A program made the translations under genes and the position numbers. Below, one piece after another: positions 25,642 through 39,450 of a stretch of DNA of 64,000 nucleotides. The notes under the pieces are model-generated. The model did not search any database. It saw only the letters and a list, made by a program, of their open reading frames with translations, and was not told where the DNA came from. How positions within the stretch are numbered: the first letter of the stretch is position 1; every line of letters starts with the position of its first letter. The stretch covers positions 15,872,032 through 15,936,031 of the forward strand of contig JARFYF010000012.1 in assembly GCA_030265395.1 (NCBI GenBank), written 5' to 3'. The stretch is from Rhina ancylostomus (taxonomy: Eukaryota).

Positions 25642-26471
25642 GCCTGGATTTTGTGGTTAGCAGCCACTGGTCTTGAAGTAAGCTCTCAGTAAACATCTGA
25701 TAATCTCTGCGGCATTGAGCTTCCCAGTTCCAAAGTCAGTCACTGTTACGCATCAGTTGTTGGCAGCCCCTGACAGTAGCAGCCAATCAAACTTAAAGAA
25801 TTCATCCAGACAGCAAACCAGGAAGTAAAAAAAAACAATTTTTTCAAGATTTTGCACAGGAGATTAAGGTTGAAACTGAAATATAAATTATTTTTAAATT
25901 TAATATAATTTAAATTGTAAAATGTTCATCCATATTTTTCAAGATTTTGCACATGAGATTAAGGTTGAAACTGAAATATAAATTATTTTAAAACTTAAGA
26001 TAATTTAAATTTTAAAATGTTCATCCATATGGTTAGCAGTTGACTCTTAAAAGCCTCCTCAGTTCAAGGGCAATTAAAGATGGATAATCAATGCTGGCAT
26101 TACCAGTAATGTCTACATCCCATGAATGATTATATACTTGAAGAATACCTACATACATAAACTAGTTATTTACAGGTAGAGTTTGCCGAGCATGAACTAA
26201 AAGAGAACTTTATTAAAAGCTCATGCAACAAAACCTAATATTTTAGGTTGGTTTACTGCTGGGATAGTTTGTAAAAATCTGAAGTTTTCAATAACTTCAC
26301 TAATTCAGGAACACTATGTTGCCGAAGGTTTTAATTAAAACAATGAATCCTGTGGATCAGCAGGGAATCATCAACGGCACTTTTGGTTTCCTGCATTGAA
26401 CTGCACATGTGCATAGCCGAGAAGCTGCTGGCAGTTTTACATCGAGCAACCGCAAACTATAAAATTCAGAC
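25642..26471. mobile_element. Putative non-autonomous DNA transposon (MITE-like)
   Basis: Degenerate terminal inverted repeats: gcctggattttgtgg versus ctataaaattcagac (11/15 match). AT-rich interior. Confidence 0.4.
25841..26030. repeat. 95-bp x2 tandem duplication
   Basis: Units 25841-25935 and 25936-26030 (ttttcaagattttgcac...atgttcatccatat) with few substitutions. Confidence 0.95.
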
Positions 26472-27593
26472 CACAGAGTTTGGGTATTGTTAACCTGGTG
26501 ACTTTCAGTCCATCTCTGTGAAAGTTTGTTACTTCAAAGTATTCTGTATTGATTGTTCAGGCTCAATTACTATGTGGAGCATTAGCATGGACAAGTTGAA
26601 ACACAGTGGAAACAACTACTGGTGCACCAGATGTGAACTATCCATTAACTGAAGAGTTTAATGGGGATATGTTATTTTTTTGCATGTAAGTATTGCAAAG
26701 GTTTAAACATTGTGGGATCATGAAGCCATTGAAAAAGTAAGGTAAGAGGGAAGTGGGGAAGCTGAACCACAATAAGTTGCTGATCTATCCCTCTCCCTGT
26801 CAGGCAAGAATATCCAACTTTCTGGACCAATGATTGTGTTTGTGGCAGTGTTGTTGAACTGCTAAAATAGAGCTCCATTTAAAATGATCTTTATAGTCAT
26901 TTATCTAGTATTCCTATGGGAACTTGGTCTGAGCAGGGAACTTCAAGTTCTTCCTGCTGTTCATAAAAACAGAGGGCAGTTGTAATTACTTGTAATTTTA
27001 TGGTTTTAGATCAGATTAGTCCAGATTATTTTGCATTTGAATAATGCTGAAGCATGGTTATGTAGAATCATCCTCTAGATGTGCTCTAAGTGCAAGTATT
27101 TTATTTGTCATGGATATTTAAACTTATCAGTAGTATAGTATTTGATAAGAAAAGAAAAACTTGCATTCAAAACAGAAATTGTTTGATTTCTGGATACTAA
27201 ATGAATATAGGGATATGCTGTATGATATTGTAGAAAATTAGCCATGATCTGACTGCATGCTGGAGCAAGCTCAAGGGGCTAAGTAACCTACTCCTACTTC
27301 TTTTTCTTAGGTACTTATTTTGCACTTATATAGCACCCTTCACACCTTCATTGGGTTCCAAATTCCTTGACGATTATTGATGTATTTTTGCGGTCGTACT
27401 TTTGTAATGGAGGAAACACAACTGCCACAGAAGCTCCACTAGGTAACAATGTATTAATGTGCAGATAATAGTCTAAATATTTTTGGGAGGTGCCAATATT
27501 ATGTTGTGCAAGTGCCATCAAATTCAGACCATGCAAGTCCCAAAAGTGCCAATTAATTTTTAATGGTGATTCCCCAACTGCACTCTGATGGAT

Positions 27594-27873
27594 GACTAGG
27601 GCATGCATTTAAGATGAGAGGGGGTAGGTTCAGAACAGATGTGAGAGGTACATTTTTTAACTGAGAGAGTGGTGGATGCCTGGAATGCGTTACCTGATAG
27701 GGTGGTGGAGGCAAACTCATTGGGGGCTTTTAAGAGGGGCTTGGATGGGCACATGTATGAAAGGAAAATAGAAGGATATGGGCATTCTGTAGGTAGGAGG
27801 GAATAGCTATGTCGGCACAACATTGTGGGCCAAAGGGCCCATTCTCTGCTGTACTGCTTTATGTTCTATGTTC
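27594..27873 (+). mobile_element. 5'-truncated CR1 LINE 3' end
   Basis: gactagggcatgcatttaag...tttaactgagagagtggtggatgcctggaatgcgttacc (F.TERVV.AWNALP motif) and a (tatgttc)n tail. Confidence 0.92.
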
Positions 27874-30000
27874 CTCATGAAATGCGGCACTGATAGTGCA
27901 ACCTTTTCTACAGTTACACAGCAGTTATGATGTGGAATGAATCAACATGCTGGATCTGTATCAGTTTTGATCTGCCTCAGGAACAACCTACTCATTAGGT
28001 TTCAGCAAAGGGGAACAGCTGCCTGGGACCCATGTAAGCACAAGGAAATTTAATTCTTTTGAAATAATTTAGCTTTAATTATTTAAGAGCATTTTGAGAT
28101 TTTAAGATTTTACATTTTAATATTTATTGATGTTTTTAATTACTTCATTGATTTTTTTAATGCTTTTTGGGTGTTAATGATTTTGGGAAGCATTCAAATC
28201 CTTGACAGGTTTGATAACCCAAGGATCAGCAAGCTAACAAAATTTATTCCAGCTGTTTCATGAGTGTACCTCGTACTGGTCCACTCCCATCTCACTGGCC
28301 CACACCCTTTGGATGGTTTGGGGAGCAAGTCAGTGGTGTGCGTGGGAGGCTTGAAGATGGAAGCAAGTTCTGGCCAAAATACCTTTCAGATGTCAGCTGT
28401 ATGATAAATAATGGCCAATTCTCTGGGAGTTACTCTCCTCCTCTCATTCAAAAAATTCCACCTGAGAATTCAATTTGGCTGTGCTTCTACATTCACCTAT
28501 TTGATCTCATCTGAAAGAAGACAACTCTGACAAGGCAGCCTTCCCTTATTGCAGTAATGCCATGGTTATAGTGAAGGAATCTCAACAACATCCTTTTCAC
28601 CTTGCAATAAAAACCAAAGACTGAAATATCAGAATGTCAACAGTATTGCAAAGTTTTGTCAAATGTTACAGGGTTCAAGACCTTTGTACCACGTAAAAAC
28701 TTTGGTATTAAGTTCTATATACATGTTGTCATGGAATAATAGTTTTTGGCAGCCTGGAGCTAATATTAAGCTAATGGGAACATACATGCCTGCCCTGATG
28801 TTAACGTTCAATAAAATGTTTTGATCCTCTTGCCGTGCAGTTACAATCTTTTCCAACTGTATTGAATTACAACATTCCATCTTTGGTTTGAGTGTTAGAC
28901 TTCCAGACTTGTAAATCATCAAAATTGGCTGTGTCTCTTTAACAAGTTTCAAAATTCCTCAGTTATGTTACAGATCGAGTTCACGTGGAGTAGTCAATGG
29001 AGACGGCCATGAAATAGAATTCTTGATATTTGGTTCATATTGAGGGCCAAAAGCAATTTGTTGTTTTATTAGTAACACACGCATTAGCAGCGTTTTACAT
29101 CAAAGCTTCGAAAGAAAATCACATCATATTGATCCTTGTTTTCTATTTTGTTTTTACTGAAAAAATGCAGTTGGTGCTTGAAGATTCAAGGTCTCCAGTT
29201 AAGACTATTACAATTGCAGTTGCACAGGCAAATCACAAGTCTCCCTTCCCTCACATGAACAAGGTCACATTTTGGATGGAGTTAATTAACCATTCAGTGC
29301 ATCTCCTCTCCTGGGATGACGAGGCAATGAAATTTTGGGGCTTCAGTTAGTCTGTTTATCACAAGTCTGATTAAAATCTATTTGCTTCTGAGGGATTTTA
29401 AGTACTAATTCTGGAGATGAGTCTGTTTATTTCAAAGTAGGATCAAAGTAAATAGTTCCAAACAATTGAAGCTATGCCCATTGGATTAACTTAACCATCT
29501 CACTGGATGATTTTTTTCTATATATGCCCAAAGAACATCAGAGGAACTTGGAAACCATTTTCACCTTTGCAAACCAGTAACAGAATGAAATAATCTTAGG
29601 TCAGATATAGTAGAGTCAAACACAGAGGACAGCTCTGATCATCTGCCACTGAAGCATACTTTAATTCTGTCCTCAAGGAAGGATTTACCACTTAGTTGAT
29701 AAGAACATCATGTTGGAGTCAATGTATACAGGCTTACAAACAGATCTGAGTAGTATCTCACACCTAAATGGAAGTGATTTCTGATTGCCCATTTATAAGG
29801 CTGCTAATGCATAGAGAAGACATGCTGTTTCATCACTGTGGGTGACCTATGTCTGTGAGGTAAATGGAACATACTATGCAACAGTTTGTCATCCTGCTAT
29901 TCAAGATGGCTCTGCATGTTCAACAATGTCAAATGCAATTTTTGATTCATGTCCACTTCAGGAGAAAACGAAGAGTAAAATATTTATTCCACTTGAACCT

Positions 30001-30960
30001 AATGTTGACACTAGAACGTGGTTCCATGATAAGAACATAGAAGCAGAAGAAGGCTATTTGGACCTTAAGCTTGATCCTCCATTTAATTAGATCCTGGCTG
30101 CCCCACATCATCTCCACTTACTCAGCCTTGACTCTTATCCCTCGATACTCTTACTTAATAAAATACTGTCAATCACAGCCTGAAAATGTCAATTGACACC
30201 GCATCCACAACCTTTTGGGTAGAGAATCCTATATTTTCATTACATTTTTGTAAAAAAAATGATTTAACTTCCAACAGGCTTCATTAACTCCTGATTTCAC
30301 ACATAGCTCACTGATTTCACTTCCAACAGACTTCAAGTTCAGCTTGTTCTAAATTAAAGTTTCTAACTTCACCTCTCCCCCCTCCCTAGACTTGAATTGC
30401 CCCACTCGAAAAAAATAGTTTCTCTAAGTTGCTTCATGAAAAAAAACTGTATGGTAAGGTAATTATGTCATATAAAGTAAATGTTGACACTGGAACATGG
30501 TCCCATGATGAGATATTGAAACAAGAGGAGGCCATGCGGCCCGTGTACTTGTTCTTCCATTTAATTAGATCCTGGCTGCCCACTATGTCAACTCCATTTG
30601 CTCAGCCTTGAGCCTAATTCCTTGATACCCTTATCTAATAAAAGACTGCCAATCACAGCCTGAAAATATCAATTGAAGTGGCATCCACAGCCTTCTGTGT
30701 AGAGAATTCCCAAACTTTATTTCATCATTTGAAAATAATTTGATTATCCCTCAACCTTCTAAACTCAAAGGAATAGAAGCCAAGGTTATATAACCTATCC
30801 TCATAATTTAACTCTAAACTATGGTCTAATGCTTGTGAACCTGTACTGTTCCCCATCCNNNNNNNNAATATCATCCCGCTGGTGTAGTGCCCAGCACTGT
30901 ATATAGGATGTCAGATAGGGTCTATTCAAGACTTGATACTATATTCCAAACCTCCTTCAA
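30001..30960 (-). repeat. Old tandem duplication (period about 479 bp) of a flank plus CR1 3' end
   Basis: 30001-30240 aligns to 30480-30720 (aatgttgacact.gaac.tggt.ccatgat; ccatttaattagatcctggctgccc; caatcacagcctgaaaat.tcaattga). Confidence 0.85.
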
Positions 30961-33900
30961 ATAATGGGCATGTATTATTTGCTGATCTCTTCCACAAGTA
31001 GCTTTAAAATATGAAATAGTGAAATCAGAGATCATTCATAAGTCCATTGTATATCATTACATGCGATATATAACTCATAACCTAATAAACTGGGACAAAG
31101 TGACGAATTGCTGTGGGATTACTTCATGTGTCCAATAAAATTTTAGCAGGAATGTGAACATCTTGTAAAAATTGTCTCGGTGGCTTTAGTAAAAACATAA
31201 GAGAGTGAGAAACAAGAGCAGGAGTAGGCACAAATAATGTTATAGTAGCATGCAGTATAGTAGTAAAAGAACAAAATAAACATCAGATATAGACTCTTTT
31301 ACTTGAAGTGCCTAGAAATTAAAGCATTGATTTGCTGAGGCTTCTGAGCTACCTCAAATGTCAAGAACAGTCATAAAGGATTTACAACCACCAAAATCAG
31401 AGCAAACAGGACTATAAATTTTACATGGGGTTCATGGCATCTGATGGATTTGCAAGTGAAACTCTTAAAATCTCTCCAGTCATTTCTAAATAGTACCCTT
31501 ACTCTGTATAAATAATGCGCTTTATTTTGTTAAGATATTTTATTTGTGAATCACTGTAAGATCAATAAAAGCAGAAGTTAAAACACAATCACAGAAATAG
31601 CACTGATGAAGGAAGCTTTTGAACTCAGAACATGCTTTTTGAAATTCTAGCTCCGATATCTGATCTGGAAGTCCATTGATTATGTTTACCTGCTTCTTTT
31701 GCGAAGGAGAAATTTCTAAATTGAATTTGTTTTTCATAGTTTTAAACCCTTTTAAGGTGCAGAGAAGAGAACATACTCTAGATAGAAATCCAAACTATAG
31801 GAAATGGAAGGAATGGAGATGATATATTATAGTTCTTCCATTTGCTTAAAGTTACTTTTGTCAAGAAGTGCCTTTGTTCCCTTCAGAATATTTGTTAGGA
31901 GGTCTGATGCATCAATTATATTTGGCTGATTTACTGGTTAGTATGGTACAAAGATGATTAACTCCATCTTGAATAANNNNNNNNNNNNNNNNNNNNNNNN
32001 NNNNNNNNNNNNNNNNNNNNNNNNNNNNNNNNNNNNNNNNNNNNNNNNNNNNNNNNNNNNNNNNNNNNNNNNNNNNNNNNNNNNNNNNNNNNNNNNNNNN
32101 NNNNNNNNNNNNNNNNNNNNNNNNNNNNNNNNNNNNNNNNNNNNNNNNNNNNNNNNNNNNNNNNNNNNNNNNNNNNNNNNNNNNNNNNNNNNNNNNNNNN
32201 NNNNNNNNNNNNNNNNNNNNNNNNNNNNNNNNNNNNNNNNNNNNNNNNNNNNNNNNNNNNNNNNNNNNNNNNNNNNNNNNNNNNNNNNNNNNNNNNNNNN
32301 NNNNNNNNNNNNNNNNNNNNNNNNNNNNNNNNNNNNNNNNNNNNNNNNNNNNNNNNNNNNNNNNNNNNNNNNNNNNNNCTCTAATGCTGGTTTTCCTAGA
32401 GTTTCGGTGGTATGCGACTCTGCAGCCCTACCACATCTGGCTGTGAAAGGTGGCGGACAATTAATCTAACTGGAAGAGGAGAACATATCCATCCTCGAGA
32501 AAAGATGAGATGATCTCCAGGAGACTGAGTCACAGAGCTTGGGCCAAATACCAAGTAGAGTATAATTCCAGCCTGAAATGAATTGCTGTTCAGCAGTCAT
32601 GCAGGTAGTCCTCTGGAATTAATTTTAACCATCCCATGGAGTCAGTTTAATACTTGGGCAAAACAAATGACATCACCAGTTCTCCCTTTTAACTGCATTA
32701 ATAATGGGTGTTAAAATAGCATTCTACATTTTTTAATGCATATATGTCAGAATTTGCATATGAAATGAAAGTTTGATGGATGAAATGAAAGCATTGCTGA
32801 ATACCTTAGCACTAGTTCACACAAAACAGCTACAGGTTGCAGATTTGATGTACGGTGTATTTATGTTTCATTCTATTATTATAAAAAGTTCCATACAAAA
32901 ATGCCTCTGAGAACTCACGCATATCTCAACTTGTATTGCCAACTCAAGAAAATATGTATGAGCTTCCTCACTGAATGTACTATAATGACTGATAGTATCT
33001 CTTCCTTATAATTCTCAGATGGGTTTAGGATAAAAGCAAGATTAGCACACGCAGAGTGGAAGTGCCGGTGTAATTGCTGCTTCTAAAAATAGTTGTCAAA
33101 AGTTCTTGTTTTCTTTCTGAACCAGTTCTATCCTCAACAGATTGTTCAGTCCTCTTTTAAATCAATCATTCTTTGATTTATATTTATGCTGAGTTATTGA
33201 AAAATATGGTGTCAGCTCCCACAGTGAAGTTTGCTACTCTATGGCATGAACTGATTGGGCTGGAGTTGCATGTGTTGTGTTAATTTCCTCCTTGAATCTA
33301 ATTAATTTTTCACAGAAGAGTGAGATTCAAAAAACTTAATGCATTACTAATGAAAATTGTTGTGTGTTAATGTTTGTGCTTAGTAAGATTAAGTGCATCA
33401 TTGAAGGATAATGAAACACTGCTGCATAATTATAATTAATGTGAATAGATTCTTTAATAAAGTAGCTTCTTTTTTTAATTCACTTTTACAGATCAGTGCA
33501 ATTGGGGGTTTAAGAACACTAAAGTAAATCTTTGAAAAAATGTTGCAAATAGAGCTTTCTCACGTTAAAATGGGGCCCTAATGAATCAGTGAATACACCC
33601 TTTAAATGGACATATTAGTGACTTGCAGCAATTTTGCTAAAGAATGTTTGATACGCCTCTGCGTCAGTAGGTCATGGGTTCAAGTCTTACTCCACAGACT
33701 TGAGCACATAATTGAAGCTGGCAATTTAGTGTTATAGTGAGAGAACTGTGCTATAAAATGTGCTGTCTTTTTTATGTTATGCTTTTTGAGGTAGATGCAA
33801 AAAGTCACAGCACCAAATTTCAAGACTATCTTGGAGATTTAAGCACTGCTGGTAAGGACAGCATTTATTGTACATTCCTAACAGCCCTTGAAAGGACAGA

Positions 33901-34978
33901 AGTAAGTAACCCTCTCCAGATGCAAGAGTCCCTGGGGGTGAAAGTACACCACAGTATTGTTAGCTAACCTTAGAGATTTAAACCCAGCCATTAAGAAGGA
34001 ATAACAATTTTTCCAAGTCATGATGCAGGGGATCTGGCAGCTGGAGGCATTCTGATGTGTGTGTTACTCATCCCTTTCGGTTAGTGGAGGTCTGGGGTTT
34101 TGGAGTTGCTGTCAATGGGTTGATACAGTGCAATTAGTAGATTGTACATTCGGTTAAAGTGTATTAAATTTAATGAAAGGAACAGACCATTCTCTCATCT
34201 AATCAATGCAGGCATATTTTTAAATTCTCCATAGAAGCTGCATCCCATTCAAATTATCTCATCTCGGTGTGTTAGCATAGCCTTTTATTCCTTTCTCACG
34301 TAAGTACTCATTTGCCTTCCAAAGATAAGTTGGCTTCTCTGCTGTTTGCACTTGATGTGATATTGAGTTCTAAACAGAGTGAAGAAGCTCCTTCTGAATT
34401 TCTTACTGGGTTTATTACTGATGACTGGAAGATGAACAGGGGAGCCTTCCCAGTGTCCAGGCTACTGTTCAACCCTCTACCACTGTACATTCAATGGATT
34501 ACCTGGCAATTTATCACAATGCAATGGTCCTTGCTGTATACAATTTTAGCAACCACAGTTCTCCTTACATTATAACTATGCTTCAAAGGTGAGATGAATG
34601 ATATGACAAAAATAAATCTGTGCTTTCACTTTCTAGTAAGCTACTCAATACTAATTAATTAATTAGGAATAAAATTCTGTTAAGCATGAAAAGGTTATAT
34701 TAGAAATGCATAAACTGCTTTTGGTGAAAACATCTTGTCGCACCGCTGTCCCTAATACCTGTACTGTACTGGTGATCTCAATAGAAGACAAAATCATATC
34801 AAGATCTGCAATGTGATTAAACTTTCTACAAGAAACTTTAGTCTGATAGCAATCAGTTGAGTAAAGGCTGATTTCAGCAGTGCATTACAAACGTTAAGTG
34901 CTGTTCAATAGAATATTTCTAGCCATTTGGCTAGTTCCTTCTGGCATTTTTATCTTAAATATACAATGTGGACTTATT

Positions 34979-35472
34979 TCATAGAGTCATAGAGTCATAG
35001 AATAAGGCATCACAAAAATAGACCCTTCAGCCTGACTCATCCATATCTATGATGCCTATCTACACTATGCCCATTTTCCTGCATTTGGCATATCCCTCTA
35101 TTCATTTCCTATCCACGTACCTGTCAAAATGATTTTTAAATGCAATGATTGTACCTGCTTCTAACTTCTCCTCTGCAGCCTGTTCCATATACCCACCACC
35201 CTCTGTGTAAAAAACTTGTCCCGCAGACCTCCTTTAAACATTTCTCTGCTCACCTTAAACCTATGTCCTCTAGCTTTAGAAACCCCTAACCCTTGGATAA
35301 AGACCGTCACTGTCCACCCTGCCTATGCCCTTCATAATTTTATAAACCTCTGTAAGGTCACCCCTCAGCCTCCTGCTCTCCAGTGGGAACAATCCTAGCC
35401 TACTCAATCTCTCCTTACAACTAAAGCCCTCTACTCCAGGCAACATCCTGTTGAATCTCTTCTGCACTCTTT
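34979..35472 (-). mobile_element. CR1 LINE 3' end
   Basis: ORF QKRFNRMLPGVEGFSCKERLSRLGLFPLESRRLRGDLTEVYKIMKGIGRVD. (catagagt)n tail at the left end. Confidence 0.94.
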
Positions 35473-38400
35473 CTATATAGACTTTCTATGGTGTGGTATT
35501 TGTTTACATCAACTTATTTAAATCACAGTGCTGAAACTTCAAAGGTTTATCATATATTAATGAGTGTATCAGGTAAGGATTTAATAACAAGGGTTTAANN
35601 NNNNNNNNNNNNNNNNNNNNNNNNNNNNNNNNNNNNNNNNNNNNNNNNNNNNNNNNNNNNNNNNNNNNNNNNNNNNNNNNNNNNNNNNNNNNNNNNNNNN
35701 NNNTGTACTTCTGCTTTCCTGACCCTGGAGCTCTGTTGTCAAGCAGAAACTTTTGACCCAAAGATGTGCTTAATGCTGTGTGGATGTCAAGTTATACCCA
35801 ATATTCAATCAATCTTGATGGAAAATGTTCATATTTAAATTAGATGTAGTTCAGCATAAATCAGCATCAATAAACAGGGCCCAAGGAAATGCTAAACTTA
35901 CAGTTGTATATTTCTTCTTTGAGCAATAAAATTTAAGATGCAACTCTTATTCATTATTCATGTGCAACAGGTGCATGCAATTGAAGAGAGTTTTCAACTT
36001 TTAATCTGGCATACATATACCATAAACATATACCAAAAGGGAAGAAGATATGATGTAATGTAGGTCCCAGTAAGGATTTCTGTTTTGGTAAAAGGCTTGA
36101 GTAATTGTAATTGCATTTAAAAGAACAGAAAGGTAACTTTGTTTCCTTCTGCTGAGAATCTGATTATGACATTGAATCATCCCATGAACAAAGCTGCTTG
36201 GAGAACTCTCCCATTTGGAAGTTGGTGGATTCATCAGNNNNNNNNNNNNNNNNNNNNNNNNNNNNNNNNNNNNNNNNNNNNNNNNNNNNNNNNNNNNNNN
36301 NNNNNNNNNNNNNNNNNNNNNNNNNNNNNNNNNNNNNNNNNNNNNNNNNNNNNNNNNNNNNNNNNNNNNNNNNNNNNNNNNNNNNNNNNNNNNNNNNNNN
36401 NNNNNNNNNNNNNNNNNNNNNNNNNNNNNNNNNNNNNNNNNNNNNNNNNNNNNNNNNNNNNNNNNNNNNNNNNNNNNNNNNNNNNNNNNNNNNNNNNNNN
36501 NNNNNNNNNNNNNNNNNNNNNNNNNNNNNNNNNNNNNNNNNNNNNNNNNNNNNNNNNNNNNNNNNNNNNNNNNNNNNNNNNNNNNNNNNNNNNNNNNNNN
36601 NNNNNNNNNNNNNNNNNNNNNNNNNNNNNNNNNNNNNNNNNCCACTGGTCTGCTCCTTCCCCACTTTTCCATCCACTGCCAGCTGTTTCCAAACTTCTGT
36701 TCTTAATCCATATTATTTTATTTCTCCTGCAAATTCTTTTTTCTCCTGTCTAAATGTTCCTAGTACGCTCCCAAAAAAGATTATCCATTTAGAAAAAGAG
36801 GCAGAATCCATTTCCTGCTGGTGAGTCTTTACCTTCCATTAGATATATGTGACTAATGTGTTCTGAAAGCCCCAGGAACTCAGATGACAGAGTCATGATT
36901 AGTAGCAATGATTTATCTCCATAAGCTCTCTGTAGCTGAGGCAATGAAAGGTATAATCACTGCATTTTGTAATAATGGTGGAAAGACATTTGGTAACAGG
37001 AAATCATAATTTTTTTGTTGCCCCCTGCAGTGCAGAGGTTTCATGTTGGAAGTTAAAAGTATTTCACATGCTTCTTAGAATCTTAAGACACTATTGTTCA
37101 GGATTATGATTCATCCGCCCAGGGCCAGCCATCCTGCTGCAGTTTTTCTTCTTGTGTATTTTCTTACGAATATTGCTTAACTTTAATTTATTAGACAGGA
37201 AGAACAACTGGAGATGTAGGAGTGAAAATTTTGGCTGTCACCCATTTTAGGTCTTGATCGAACACTTGCAAATAGATATGGATTTGCCTTCCAAGAATCC
37301 AGGTAATATATGGGGCTTGTGAATCTTAATTAACTGATAGGTTAGCGAAAAACAAACTGCTGGAGGAACTCAGCAGGTCAGGCAGCATCTGTGGAGGGAA
37401 ATAGTTGACATTTTGGGTTGAGACACTTCATCTGGAATATCTGAAAGGATAAGTGGCTGCTGTAGATTACTCCTTAGTGTAGGTTAATGGCAAGAAGAAT
37501 CACAGTTGATAAATATGCAAGAGAGAATAAGTTGCAAGGGTAAAGGAAAATGAGGAAACGAGAAATAGAGCCAATACGATTGCTCCCCTGGGAGCTGGCA
37601 TGGACTTGATGAGCCAAATGGCCTCCTTCTGTGTCATTAAAAGTAAAAGATCAGTACTTACTGCAGAACCACAACCTGTGTAATAATTTCCATGCGGTAA
37701 AACATTCAAAGGTGCTTTACAGGAGAGAGTTTTGAACAAAATTTGATATTAAACCAATGAAAGGTTTTGGGACATGTGACTAAAAGCTTGCTTAATATGG
37801 TAGGTTTTAAGCTGTCTTAAATTAGGAGACAGGGTTAGTGTGAAAAGATTCAGCAACAAAATTCCACAGATCAGGGGTTCAGCTGAACCAGCAAGGCATT
37901 GGCTTTTCACTAATATTGCAAAGTATCAATAGCAGATTTTACTTTAAAAATAGTTGATGCATTCATCAAGAGTAAGCTTCTTACTTCCAGACTCTAAAAC
38001 ATTTTGTTTCAGTATAATTAGCAGACTGGAAATGTTAAAGCTCATTCAGTTGGCCTGCAAACAGCAGCCTGTCTTGTCTGATAGTGTTTATTGCAGGCAA
38101 GGATAACCTTTTAAGTAGACGTGATTTTTGGCACAAGAACTGCTTGAACTAAGACCGAGAGGAAATCTGAAAGCTCGAATGTTGATTTTACTCAAATATG
38201 GTGGTTTCTGATAGCGTCTTTACTGCTATTTACCTCTTTAAAATTATGCTAATATTCAGAAATACTAGTCAGGAAAGTTAAAGCTTTTGCAAACGAGGAG
38301 GCTAACACTTGATAATTCTGTTTTAATTCCCTATTCACAAGACCATTACATCCCGCATGGCCCGTGCATTGCGTTCTTTTGGGAATAAAATTGGGGAAGA

Positions 38401-39209
38401 ATGTTTTCAACGCAGGGTCTATGGCAATTCTGTGCTAGAAGAAATTCTGTTAAGAAGTTATTCTGAAATAAAATTCCCTTTGTGAGAACGAACATTAATC
38501 TAATTCAGAGGAGTGAGTGGAATCGGTCTGTGTCAGTTATGTGCTCGCCAGAGATGATCTGCTGCTTCAGCATGTCCCGGCACGGCCGGTGATTTTCTGT
38601 CCAACAGTTAAATGTGTGTCCCTGATCGTCCAGTGCTTCTGGAGATGATTGAAGTTACAAGCCTCAGATTCGCCTTATCTACCTGGTGTGTTAATGGTAT
38701 TTATGAGGACACGTTAAGTTTGATAAATTTATGGAAAGATGTAGCTGAAACTCACGTTTTTAACTATTAAATTTCAATCAGTGTGGTAACTTGGGAAATT
38801 CCTAAAGGTGTAATTCCCATCTATTGATGGTATTTGGGGATTTGTTTTCAACAGTGGACCCTCTGTGTTTGCAATTTGAAGAACGGGTTCTCCGATGGGA
38901 CAGCCAGACAGGGCCTTTGTGGGTGAGGTTCATTTTGATTTGGCCGAGCAACTGCTGTCTCACTTTGTACAGGGACACCACAGCATGAAAGTTCTTTCAA
39001 AAAAAGCTCCAACACCAGAGTTGATGAACCAGGGAAAGAAACTACTTGTAGTATAGGATCCTCACCGGATTGGATTGTAATGTACTGCAGGAGACAACTG
39101 TCTACATGATTCAAGACCCCTCATGTATGAGAGAAAATGCTACCGGAAGGTTTTATATTTAAAGTTGAGCCTCCAGGCATTAACTGTTCCCTCATAACCT
39201 CCTCTAAAC

Positions 39210-39450
39210 AGGGTGTGGCTTCTTTCTCCAGAGGAGGATAGGGGTAAACTAATAGAGGTCTTTAAATGAATGATCAGGCAGCAGTAGATAAATGTTTTTC
39301 ACTTGTAAGGCGATCCAGATCTTAAGGGACATAAATATTACAATGTTTTAAACACATTTGAACAGTGACATAGATAGGAAAGGTTTAGAGTGATATGGGC
39401 CAAATGCAGGCAAATGGGACTAGTTTAAGTGGGCATATTGTGGGCATGTG
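39210..39450 (+). mobile_element. Degraded CR1 3' end
   Basis: ggggtaaactaatagaggtctttaaa...gtttagagtgatatgggccaaatgcaggcaaatgggactag. Confidence 0.7.

Noticed and set aside
31602-31625. CTGATGA...GAA hammerhead-like string
   Set aside because: Stem II is weak, the core has GAAC instead of GAAA, and there is no stem I/III or Penelope context.
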